Assembly: GCA_963770835.1 (NCBI GenBank)
Contig: CAVYRH010000003.1
Span: 64,001 to 128,000 of the forward strand
Direction: 5' to 3'
DNA from: an uncultured Pseudomonadota bacterium
Lineage (GTDB): Bacteria > Oederibacteriota > Muellerivitia > Muellerivitales > Muellerivitaceae
Length of the DNA: 64,000 nucleotides
Below are positions 55,378 to 64,000 of this stretch, one piece after another. Under the pieces are notes generated by a model. The model was given only the letters and a program-made list of their open reading frames with translations. It was not told the origin of the DNA and did not search any database. Within the stretch, counting starts at the first letter, position 1. Every line of letters begins with the position of its first letter. The position numbers and the translations under genes are program-made.

Positions 55378-56295
55378 ATGAAAATTCTTGTAACTGGCGG
55401 GGCGGGGTTCATCGGCAGCCACGTGGTGGACGCTTATTTGGAAGCGGGCCACCAGGTGGTGATCGTCGATGACCTTTCCACGGGCAAAAAAGAAAACCTA
55501 AACCCAAAAGCCAAGTTCTACCAGATGGACATCCTCGACGATAAGCTTCAACACTTGATGCAGGACGAACATATCGAGGTCGTCAACCACCACGCGGCCC
55601 AAATCAAGGTCAAAGCCTCCTTGGAAGACCCTTATTTCGACGTCAAAGTGAACGTGTTGGGATCGGTGCTGCTCTTGGACCTCTGCCGCAGGGCGGGCGT
55701 CAAAAAGGTCATCTATGCGTCCTCTGGCGGCGCCCAATACGGCGAAATGCAGAAAGAACCTTTCCCTGAGACCCATTCTTCAAGGCCCTTTTCGGTTTAT
55801 GGGGCCAGCAAGTATTCTGTGGAGCTTTACACGGATGTTTTCGCCCAGAACTTCGGATTGGAATATGTCATCTTGCGCTATGCCAACGTCTATGGCCCCC
55901 GGCAGGACGCCCTGGGGGAAGGGGGTGTGGTGGCGATCTTCACCCATTGCATGCTCCACGGCGGGGACTTTGTCATTTTCGGGGACGGCTACAACGTCCG
56001 GGATTATGTGTACGTCAAGGACGTGGCACGGGCCAGCATGCTGGCTTTGGATTACCCCCACAATGACGTTTTCAACATCGGAACAGGCGTGGGAACCACG
56101 ACCAACCAGCTTTTTGAGATCCTGGCGAAAGCTACGGGTTACCAACAGCCTCCCAAAAGGATAGTGGCCCGCCTGGGGGACCTGCAAAAGAGTGTTTTGG
56201 ATGCGTCTAAAGCGAAGAAACTTTTGAAGTGGGAACCGCAGTTCGATTTGAAAAAGGGTTTGGAAGAAACTATCAGCTATTATAAAAAAAGTTAA
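55378..56295 (+). CDS. NAD-dependent epimerase/dehydratase (UDP-glucose 4-epimerase-like)
   Basis: TGGAGFIG, YGASK, RYANVYGPRQ. Confidence 0.93.
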   Translation: MKILVTGGAGFIGSHVVDAYLEAGHQVVIVDDLSTGKKENLNPKAKFYQMDILDDKLQHLMQDEHIEVVNHHAAQIKVKASLEDPYFDVKVNVLGSVLLLDLCRRAGVKKVIYASSGGAQYGEMQKEPFPETHSSRPFSVYGASKYSVELYTDVFAQNFGLEYVILRYANVYGPRQDALGEGGVVAIFTHCMLHGGDFVIFGDGYNVRDYVYVKDVARASMLALDYPHNDVFNIGTGVGTTTNQLFEILAKATGYQQPPKRIVARLGDLQKSVLDASKAKKLLKWEPQFDLKKGLEETISYYKKS

Positions 56296-56296
56296 A

Positions 56297-56442
56297 CTGT
56301 CATTGCGAGGAGTGACCGCTGGATAAGCGGTCGATTACGACGAAGCAACCCAAGTTTAAATACGCTTTTTACAAGGCAACCGGCAAAAACCACACATGAA
56401 CTGAGGTTGCTTCATCACAAAGTTCGTTCCTCGCAATGACAG
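56297..56442. repeat. REP-like inverted-repeat element
   Basis: CTGTCATTGCGAGGA ... TCCTCGCAATGACAG. Confidence 0.75.
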
Positions 56443-56468
56443 CAATTTTGTTTATTAATGGAGATTAA

Positions 56469-57509
56469 ATGAAAGCTATCATCCTTGTCGGCGGGCAGGG
56501 TACCCGCATGCGGCCACTGACCGACCACCTTCCCAAGAATATCGTGCCGCTGTGCGGCGTGCCGTTTCTTACCTATCAAATTGAATTCCTGAAAAAAGCC
56601 GGCATTAAAGAAATTGTTTTCTCGTTGGGCTATCGGCCGACCGATATCCAAAAGGTCTACGGCGATGGACGCCGGTTGAAAGTGAAGATCCACTACGTGG
56701 TCGAAAAAGAGCCTTTGGGGACCGGGGGCGCCGTCAAAAACGCGGAGAAATTCGCCAAGGGTTCGCCGGTTGTCGTCTTAAACGGCGACATCCTGACCGA
56801 TATTCCCCTGAAAAAGATGATCGCCTACCATCACAAAAGTAAAAACACCGCGACCTTGGGGCTGGTCCGGGTGGAAGACCCCACGATTTATGGTTTGGTT
56901 TTATTGAACAAGCAGGGCCAAATCACCCGTTTCCTTGAAAAACCGGCCCCGGAAGAAGTGGTGACCGACACCATCAACGCGGGTGTTTATGTATTCGAAC
57001 CCCGGGTTTTCCGCCTGCTCCCCGAAGGAGAAAATTATTCCTCGGAGCGGGGCTTGTTTCCCGCCCTATTGACGATCAAAGAACGCTTCGGGGGGTTTGT
57101 TTGGAAGGGCTATTGGCAGGATATCGGCACGCCGCGGAAATACCTGACGACCCATTGGGATGTATTGGACGGGGCCTTCAAAATACCAAGGGCATCCGGA
57201 ACGCGAAAGAACAAGGTTTACTTGGGCAAAGGGGTGAAGATCGGGAAGGGAGTCCTCCTGAAGGGGCCGGCTTTGGTGGAGGATGGGTGCGTTATCGGAG
57301 AGGGCGCCCGAATCCTGCCCTATGCCGTTCTCGGCAAGAAATGCAGTGTTGGGAAAAACACTTCGGTGTCCAAAAGCGTTTTGTGGGATGGGGTAAAGGT
57401 CGGCGATGGAGTTGGCCTGGACGAGGTCATCCTCGGGCGCCGGTGCCATGTACCTTCCCATTCCCAAGTCGCGCCAGGCAGCGTTCTCGGCGACGATTCA
57501 AAGCTTTAA
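56469..57509 (+). CDS. NDP-sugar synthase (mannose-1-phosphate guanylyltransferase-like)
   Basis: GGQGTRMRPLT..PK, PLGTGG, NGD, WQDIGTP, hexapeptide tail. Confidence 0.92.
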   Translation: MKAIILVGGQGTRMRPLTDHLPKNIVPLCGVPFLTYQIEFLKKAGIKEIVFSLGYRPTDIQKVYGDGRRLKVKIHYVVEKEPLGTGGAVKNAEKFAKGSPVVVLNGDILTDIPLKKMIAYHHKSKNTATLGLVRVEDPTIYGLVLLNKQGQITRFLEKPAPEEVVTDTINAGVYVFEPRVFRLLPEGENYSSERGLFPALLTIKERFGGFVWKGYWQDIGTPRKYLTTHWDVLDGAFKIPRASGTRKNKVYLGKGVKIGKGVLLKGPALVEDGCVIGEGARILPYAVLGKKCSVGKNTSVSKSVLWDGVKVGDGVGLDEVILGRRCHVPSHSQVAPGSVLGDDSKL

Positions 57510-57565
57510 AGTTCGAAGTTCGTAGTTCGAAGTGCGAAGTTGAAAGTCCTTTAGGAAGAACCGGG

Positions 57566-57928
57566 ATGTCCAAAAGTATTGTCCAAGAAAAGAGTTTCAA
57601 ATTTGCCCTCAAAATCATCGGGTTTTTTGGCCATCTTCGAAAAGGCAATGAATACATACTTTCAAAGCAATTACTTCGGAGTGGAACGAGCATTGGAGCC
57701 AATGTTGAAGAAGCTTTGGCTGCCCAAACCCGGAGGGATTTTCATTCCAAAATGACAATTGCCTCAAAAGAGGCAAGGGAAACACGCTATTGGCTTCGGC
57801 TGCTCCAGGAGTCACAAGTGGTTAAGGCGGATTTGAGCGAATATCTTAAAATGGTCGAGGAACTGGTTAAAATGCTGACTGCCATTACTAAAACAGCTTG
57901 GCGAAACATAAATGAAAACAACAAATGA
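57566..57928 (+). CDS. four-helix-bundle protein (23S rRNA IVP-like) flanked by heptamer repeats
   Basis: QLLRSGTSIGANVEEA, KEARET.YWL; AAGTTCG-type repeats upstream, inverse repeats downstream. Confidence 0.9.
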   Translation: MSKSIVQEKSFKFALKIIGFFGHLRKGNEYILSKQLLRSGTSIGANVEEALAAQTRRDFHSKMTIASKEARETRYWLRLLQESQVVKADLSEYLKMVEELVKMLTAITKTAWRNINENNK

Positions 57929-57994
57929 ACTTTATTTTTCGGCAAAGCCGAAAAATTTCAATAACTTCGACCTTCGCACTTCGAACTTCAAACT

Positions 57995-58309
57995 ATGATC
58001 CCCGTTGGCTATCAAAAAGCCCTAGATTTGGACGGTCTAGTAGATGGTACAACTAAGGAGGTCGAGGTCGGCCCCCTTCCCATTTTTCTTCACCGCCGGG
58101 GAGACAAGGTTTTCGCCACCGGCGTTTATTGCCCCCACCAGGACTTCCGGCTGTATCCCTTCAACTGTTCCGGGGACACCATCCTTTGCACCGCCCATGG
58201 CTACCGCATGAATATCCAAACCGGAGCCTGCTCCAACGAGCCCGATCTTTTCCTGGCGACCTACTTAACCCTGGTGGAAAACGGGGAGGTCTGGGTGAAG
58301 TTGTATTGA
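57995..58309 (+). CDS. Rieske 2Fe-2S ferredoxin
   Basis: CPH...CTAHG. Confidence 0.85.
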   Translation: MIPVGYQKALDLDGLVDGTTKEVEVGPLPIFLHRRGDKVFATGVYCPHQDFRLYPFNCSGDTILCTAHGYRMNIQTGACSNEPDLFLATYLTLVENGEVWVKLY

Positions 58310-58357
58310 ATAGATGTTAAAATCGGTCTCATTCTCATCAGTGGAAAGGGACGATTC

Positions 58358-60007
58358 ATGAGCCGGTTCAATAACCTTGTTTGCGCTTCCTTTGTGATAT
58401 TCCTCCTGGCCTTTTCTCCATCCTGGGCCGATTCAATCGCCACCAGCGTCCTTCGCCCCAAGCCTTTTGAACTTTGGCCGGCCACCAATGACGCCGCCCC
58501 CACGACTTTCACCAAGGCCGCGCCGGCCTACCCGGCCAAGGGCAAGCCCTGGAAGTTCGCTTATGGTTCCAAGGTCCAGGTGAAAATCGACGCTACCCAG
58601 GTTCTCCACAACGTCACTCCCTACCAATTCGGCAACAACGCCGACTGGTGGGACGGCAAAGATTGGTTCATGGACCCGGATCGTATTGAAAAAGTTAAGG
58701 AAGCCGGCATCCGGTTCTGGCGCTGGCCCGGCGGCAGTTCCTCCGATAATTATTTCTGGGACGGGAATTACCAGGGGCACACCAAGGACCATGACGGCGG
58801 GGATCCCACCAACATGACCCAGTCCTGGGCGGTCTCAACGGACGACTTCATCGATTTTTGCCGCAAAACGGGGTCCGAAGCGATTTTCACCGTTAATTAC
58901 GCCGCCGCCCGCTACGGAAGCGTGAAGGAAGCGGCGGACCTGGCCGCCAGCTGGGTCAAACATTGCAACGTCGACATGAAGTACAAGGTGCGGTATTGGG
59001 AAATCGGCAACGAGGTTTATGGTCCCTGGGAAGAGGGCAACAAGATGGACGGAAAGCCCCAGTTGACGGGGGACGTTTACGGCAAGGACCTGCAGGTGAT
59101 CGTCGCGGCCATGAAGAAAGTTGATCCGGATATTTACGTCGGCGCCGTTGCCGTGGATACGGACGACGGCGGGGACTGGACGGGATACCATTGGTGGATG
59201 CGGGACCTTTTGCCCCAATTGCAGGGAAAAACGGATTACCTCATCCTCCACCAGTATTTTATGTGGCCCTTCACGGGGGACACCTACTCCAATCCCTCCA
59301 ACGAAGTCCTTTTCGGGAACCTTCATAAAATGGGGGATGCCTTTGGCGCTGCGGGCCAGATGGAGGACAAATACGCGCCCTCGGAGAAAGGGATTCCGGT
59401 CGCCCTGACCGAATACAACCTGGTGAATGCCGCACCCCCCCAAACCATCGAGCTCATCAACGGCCTTTTCACCGCCGAGGTATTGGGGGAGGGCATCAAG
59501 ACGGGGTATGTCGCCTCCAATTATTGGGATTTGAAAAACGGCTTGGACAAGAAATTGGGTGGAAGTATGGCTATCCTGGCTTCCGATGACAATTCCGTCC
59601 CCGATGCCACGCCCAGGCCTTCTTACTATGCCTTCGCCCTTTACAACCAAGCCTTCGGTGACAAAATGGTCGCCGCCGACAGCTCCGACCCAACCGTGAA
59701 GGTTTACGCCAGCCGGTTTTCAGGCGGGGAATTGGGATTGGTGGTCGTCAACCAGAATGATACGAACCAGACCCTGAACTTCGATTTCACGGGCTTCACC
59801 CCCCAGGGCAAGCTCATGGGCTGGGTCTTGACGGGCAAGGGGCTCAACGAAAAACAGGTTTCCTGGAACGGGGAAGAAGGGCCTTTGGGAGGCGGAGGGC
59901 CATTCCCCATTAACACCATCCAACCCTACCGGGCGACCTTCAAGACCGACAAGCCCCTTCAATTGCCAATCCAGGCCCACTCGGTTACCGGGATTATTCT
60001 TTACTAA
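58358..60007 (+). CDS. secreted clan GH-A glycoside hydrolase (alpha-L-arabinofuranosidase-like)
   Basis: RWPGGS, YWEIGNE, LTEYN. Confidence 0.85.
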   Translation: MSRFNNLVCASFVIFLLAFSPSWADSIATSVLRPKPFELWPATNDAAPTTFTKAAPAYPAKGKPWKFAYGSKVQVKIDATQVLHNVTPYQFGNNADWWDGKDWFMDPDRIEKVKEAGIRFWRWPGGSSSDNYFWDGNYQGHTKDHDGGDPTNMTQSWAVSTDDFIDFCRKTGSEAIFTVNYAAARYGSVKEAADLAASWVKHCNVDMKYKVRYWEIGNEVYGPWEEGNKMDGKPQLTGDVYGKDLQVIVAAMKKVDPDIYVGAVAVDTDDGGDWTGYHWWMRDLLPQLQGKTDYLILHQYFMWPFTGDTYSNPSNEVLFGNLHKMGDAFGAAGQMEDKYAPSEKGIPVALTEYNLVNAAPPQTIELINGLFTAEVLGEGIKTGYVASNYWDLKNGLDKKLGGSMAILASDDNSVPDATPRPSYYAFALYNQAFGDKMVAADSSDPTVKVYASRFSGGELGLVVVNQNDTNQTLNFDFTGFTPQGKLMGWVLTGKGLNEKQVSWNGEEGPLGGGGPFPINTIQPYRATFKTDKPLQLPIQAHSVTGIILY

Positions 60008-60125
60008 GAAATCTTCCCATAAACTTCTTTCTCTATCGGCTCCAACATGATTTTTCTTGAAATCATGTTGGAGCCGGGCGGGGCAGTGAGATCCCTTCAT
60101 TCAAATGAAGGGCTTCGTGCTTCTT

Positions 60126-60284
60126 GGTAATGCATCAGTTTGAAAAGAAAATGTTACTCCACCCTCACCCCGCCCTCTCCCCTCAAGGGAGAGGGGGAAA
60201 CAGCATTAAAAACCCTCGCCCCTTGGGGGAGAGGGTAGGGTGAGGGGTGCCTTAAGGTCGTACAACTCAAACTGATGCACTACC
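60126..60284. repeat. REP/MITE-like element, copy 2
   Basis: GGTAATGCATCAGTTTGA ... TCAAACTGATGCACTACC. Confidence 0.8.
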
Positions 60285-60372
60285 TGCTTCTTTTGTACGT
60301 TGACGGCGTATGGCCCCTCCCCTAAAATCGATAATTCCTGCTGCACCGGCTTAACTATTCCAAGGAGCCAGG

Positions 60373-61665
60373 ATGTCTTTTTCCGCAAAATTTTTCCTCA
60401 AGCTCACCCCCTTTCTTTTGTTACTTCCACTGTCCTTGCTCGCCGACGATCAAACCGGGCAGTATTACCTGGATAAGGGCAACGTCTATGAAAAGGAAAA
60501 GCGCTCCGAAACCGCCATCCAATATTACCAGGAGGCCGTGGAGCGGAACCCTTACAACGCCGAGGCCCACAATAATCTCGGCGAGCTTTACGCCAAGAAA
60601 AACATGCTCGACGACGCCATGGACCAGTTCAATAAGGCCCTCCAGATACAGCCTAACTATACGGAGGCCCTTTCCAATAAGGCTTATGTCCTTGTCCAAA
60701 AGAGGGATTTTCCCGAGGCGATCCGCTTCGCGAAGAAAGCCATCCAGGCCGATCCCGGTTTGGGTTCAGCCCATTACAACTTGGGGATGGCGTATTTCCA
60801 ACAAAAGCAATACCAAGCGGCCGTCCCGGAGTTCAAGCTGGCGGTAAGGGCCTTCCCGGACAATGCGGATGTCTATGAACGCCTGGGGGACTCCCTCGTG
60901 GCCCAATCCCGCGATGAGGAGGCCCGGGCCTACTATTGGCAGGCCGTCCAGACCGATCCCATGGATGCCACCGCGCGCACCAAGCTGGGGGATACATACC
61001 TCGCCATGGGGAATGAGAAAAAGGCCATTGAACAATTCAAGGCGTCGGAAGACCTGGACCCCGCCAGCCTATCCGCCCATTACAAAATGGCCGACCATTA
61101 CGAAGACATCCGGGACTGGGACAATGCCCGCAGGGAATACCTCGTGATCCTATCCATCGACGACGAACAGGGCCCCGCCCACAAACAGGTCGCCCTTATT
61201 TACGAACGGGACGACGAAATGGGCCTGGCCCTCTACCATTGGGACAAATACCTGGAAATTGTCCCGAACGACCCCGAGGCCCAGCAGCACATGATCGACA
61301 TCCGGAAGCCCCTCCTCACCAAGAAGCAGAAAGAGGAAATGGACAAGCTCAACCAAAAGCTTCATCCAACCGGACCCCTCACGCCGATATCCACACCGAA
61401 TGCGCCGCCTTCAGCCCCGGTGGTTCAGGCGCAGGAAAACCCGGCCCCCAATAGTAATGGAATGCCCCCTTTAACTTCACCCGCCGGCAACGGCCAAACG
61501 GCCCCGGCGGTTATCCCCCCCGATAACAACCCGGCGGCCACCTCCGCCCCCTTGGCGCCTCCCCCCGTGGAGTCCATTCCTACGCCCACTCCCGCCACGC
61601 AGTTGGTGCCTGTGGATCTGGCACAGGCTTCCCCCACCCCTGAAATCGCGACGCTTCCTAAATAA
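60373..61665 (+). CDS. exported TPR protein with Pro-rich tail
   Basis: Signal peptide; multiple AHNNLG/AHYNLG TPRs. Confidence 0.88.
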   Translation: MSFSAKFFLKLTPFLLLLPLSLLADDQTGQYYLDKGNVYEKEKRSETAIQYYQEAVERNPYNAEAHNNLGELYAKKNMLDDAMDQFNKALQIQPNYTEALSNKAYVLVQKRDFPEAIRFAKKAIQADPGLGSAHYNLGMAYFQQKQYQAAVPEFKLAVRAFPDNADVYERLGDSLVAQSRDEEARAYYWQAVQTDPMDATARTKLGDTYLAMGNEKKAIEQFKASEDLDPASLSAHYKMADHYEDIRDWDNARREYLVILSIDDEQGPAHKQVALIYERDDEMGLALYHWDKYLEIVPNDPEAQQHMIDIRKPLLTKKQKEEMDKLNQKLHPTGPLTPISTPNAPPSAPVVQAQENPAPNSNGMPPLTSPAGNGQTAPAVIPPDNNPAATSAPLAPPPVESIPTPTPATQLVPVDLAQASPTPEIATLPK

Positions 61666-61782
61666 GATTTTTCCATGGATTTGAAGGGTGACAGGTGTTC
61701 GGAAGTAAATATTCCGCTTGGCTTGAAATTGTCCGATAAGACTCATAGTTTGTTGAAACTATAATAAAGGAACCATCCACCG

Positions 61783-62520
61783 ATGAGATTCGCCGTTATT
61801 CTTCCCGTTTACAACGAAGCCGCCACCCTGGAAAGGGTTGTGCGCAAGCTTTCCCAGTTTAAGGAAGCCGATGTGGTCATCGTGGATGACGGGTCCACCG
61901 ACGCCACCCCCTCCATCCTGGAACGCCTGACGGTCGCGGCCATCATCCGCCACCCGGAAAACGCGGGGTACGGCAAATCCCTCATGGACGGTTTTGATTT
62001 CGCCAAGGCCCATGATTACCGCCACTGCGTCACCATGGACGCGGATGAACAGCACGAGCCGGGCTTTATTCCCTGTCTCCTCGAGAAACTAGCGGATTTC
62101 GACATTGTTTCGGGGAGCCGTTATTTAAACCCGATTCTTTCCCCCGACGCGCCCCCGCCCGAACGCCTGGAAGTGAACCATATCATCACCGAAAAACTCC
62201 GCCCCCTTACCGGGTACGACCTCACCGACAGCTTTTGCGGCTTCAAGGGCTACCGTGTGGAGGCTTTAAGGAAACTTCAACTGACGGAAACCAACTACGG
62301 TTTTCCCATCCAGGTCTGGCTGCAGGCGGCCAAGGCGGGGTTGACCGTGACTGAATGCGCCGTCCCCCTGATTTACAAGGACCACAGCCGGAACTTCAAC
62401 AACCAGTTCGCGAACCGGGATGAGCGTTTGAGCCATTATTTAGAGGTGATGGAAAGGGAAGCCTTGAAACTCGGCCTTCCCTCCAACGCCATCGGCTCCC
62501 CAAAAATAATAAAGAAATAG
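61783..62520 (+). CDS. glycosyltransferase family 2 (DPM synthase-like)
   Basis: PVYNE, VDDGSTD, MDADEQH, GSRY. Confidence 0.9.
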   Translation: MRFAVILPVYNEAATLERVVRKLSQFKEADVVIVDDGSTDATPSILERLTVAAIIRHPENAGYGKSLMDGFDFAKAHDYRHCVTMDADEQHEPGFIPCLLEKLADFDIVSGSRYLNPILSPDAPPPERLEVNHIITEKLRPLTGYDLTDSFCGFKGYRVEALRKLQLTETNYGFPIQVWLQAAKAGLTVTECAVPLIYKDHSRNFNNQFANRDERLSHYLEVMEREALKLGLPSNAIGSPKIIKK

Positions 62521-62659
62521 CCTGGTTGCCGGCTCCCACCGGCGGTGGAACCCTAAAATCATTTACTTTGAAACCGGAAATAACGGGTAAAATGGATTGT
62601 CTTAACATCGCCTGAAGCTGACGATTGTCATCCGATGACTTCTTTTAAAGGCTTGGCCC

Positions 62660-64000
62660 ATGACCGCGCCGACCGATATGACTCCAAAACATCACGGCGA
62701 ATTTTATTTCGACCCGCCCCTTCCCCAGTGGAAGGAAGAAGCCCTCCACAACCGGGAAAGGCTGGTCAAGGAGACCTTTTGGGGACAGTCGGCCCTCAAG
62801 GTCCGGGCCGAGTTGAAGCTTCCCACCCAATATCCCCTGATTCTCTCCGGGCACCAGCCGGTTTTCTTCCATCCCGGCCTTTGGGCCAAATGCCTGGCCG
62901 CCAGTACTTTGGCGGAGTCGGTCCAAGGCGTGGCCTGCCATAAGGTGACGGATACGGGATTGGTGCCGGAGCATCTCCATTACATGCCCGAGGTGGAGGA
63001 AAACGGCCACGCCCGCAAGAAAATCCTGGAGTTTTATACCAGCAAGGACCTGAAACAACAGGAAAGGACCACTCCCTATTGCTTCCTTCCCGCGCCCGAC
63101 CATTCGGCCCTTGAGCAGATTCTCAAGGACGCCGAGGTTTACGCCCCGGCCATGGTTAAAACCAACATCAAGGCCTATGCGGACAAGCTGCTGAAGGAGC
63201 TCAAAAAGGAAGCCACTTGGAACGACTTCCACCTTTCCATGGTCAAGATCTTGGACGAATTATGCGGCACGCGCCGCTATTACCTGGAGGGCCACAAAAT
63301 CTGGGGGACTCAGCCCTTTTACCACTTTGTCAGCCAATGGCTGCTGAACCTGCCAGAACTGAACGACGATTACAACCAATCCTTGAACGAATACCGCAAG
63401 AAATACGGCATCACCCATGACTTGTCCCCCATGCCGAACCTGAAGTTCGAGGATTGGTGGTTTGAGATCCCCTTCTGGGGGGTGTCCCGGAACCAACGGC
63501 AGTCCCTCTGGGCTAAAAACGACGGCAAACACATCATCTTGAAGATCAAGGGCGGGGGGGAAGGCACTTATTCCCTCGCGGTCGGCGATTTGGAGCAGGA
63601 ACTCAGCGTCCTCAACCTTTCCGTTTGGCCCAAGGCCATTCCCCAGACCCTTTTCTGCCGCATGTACCTCTGTGATTTCTTTGTCCACGGCACCGGCGGG
63701 GCTGTTTACGAGGAAGTGGGCGATATGTTGTTCACCAAATATTTCAAGCTCAAACCCCTTTCCTACGGCGTGGCTACCGCCACTTACCTGGTGGACCCCG
63801 AGGGCAGCCGGGGCCTGGAGGCGGTCGCGAGCCATGAGGAAAAGATCCTCTGGTGGGAAAGGGCCTTAGCCAAGAATCCCGAATACCTTTTCACCAAAAA
63901 AGAGGCGTGGGTCAAGGAACTGCCGTCCTTCATGCACCCCGCCTTCAAGAAATGCCTGAACAATGCCTACCTTCGTGTTTTGGCGGAGTCCAAGGGGAAA
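62660..64000 (+). CDS. conserved hypothetical protein, possibly BshC-like; runs off window end
   Basis: Open frame from ATG 62660; LSGHQPVFFHPGLWAK and FVHGTGGAVY motifs. Confidence 0.6.
   Translation, partial: MTAPTDMTPKHHGEFYFDPPLPQWKEEALHNRERLVKETFWGQSALKVRAELKLPTQYPLILSGHQPVFFHPGLWAKCLAASTLAESVQGVACHKVTDTGLVPEHLHYMPEVEENGHARKKILEFYTSKDLKQQERTTPYCFLPAPDHSALEQILKDAEVYAPAMVKTNIKAYADKLLKELKKEATWNDFHLSMVKILDELCGTRRYYLEGHKIWGTQPFYHFVSQWLLNLPELNDDYNQSLNEYRKKYGITHDLSPMPNLKFEDWWFEIPFWGVSRNQRQSLWAKNDGKHIILKIKGGGEGTYSLAVGDLEQELSVLNLSVWPKAIPQTLFCRMYLCDFFVHGTGGAVYEEVGDMLFTKYFKLKPLSYGVATATYLVDPEGSRGLEAVASHEEKILWWERALAKNPEYLFTKKEAWVKELPSFMHPAFKKCLNNAYLRVLAESKGK

Noticed and set aside
57508..57990. Heptamer repeats flanking the four-helix-bundle gene as a novel element
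   Set aside because: Short tandem repeats around this gene family in polysaccharide loci are a commonly seen arrangement.
46893..64000. Many long antisense or alternate-frame ORFs in the GC-rich core region
   Set aside because: Shadow ORFs of well-supported genes.

Overview
Bacterial window, probably from a long-read assembly: it carries a ~1-kb homopolymer artefact and many single-base frameshifts. Positions ~46.9-64 kb are an ordinary GC-rich cell-envelope/polysaccharide locus. Positions 1-46.9 kb are an accessory region organised by two dispersed repeat systems. (1) Eight identical copies of a 37-bp CRISPR-repeat-sized hairpin (CCTGCACATGCCTGTCGCAAAAAGGATAGTGTGCAAC) lie in direct orientation, separated by 1.8-12 kb DNA segments that mostly start and end mid-gene. 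The segments are rich in RHS toxin tips, immunity-like genes and secreted proteins. (2) Thirteen 28-bp 11-6-11 palindromic sites (consensus TGTCCACGACG-GGGACC-CRTCGTGGACA) delimit co-oriented single-gene cassettes such as GNAT, transglutaminase, PEGA, hflX and beta-helix genes. This is an integron-like array built on dif/lox-type sites rather than attC. An IS1111-type IS110 (two copies) and two group II introns sit at these 28-bp sites, and each element type carries a matching guide or EBS1 sequence. No cas gene, relaxase or tyrosine recombinase is recognisable in the window. IS1182-like, IS200 and IS3 elements and two RHS/YD loci are also present.
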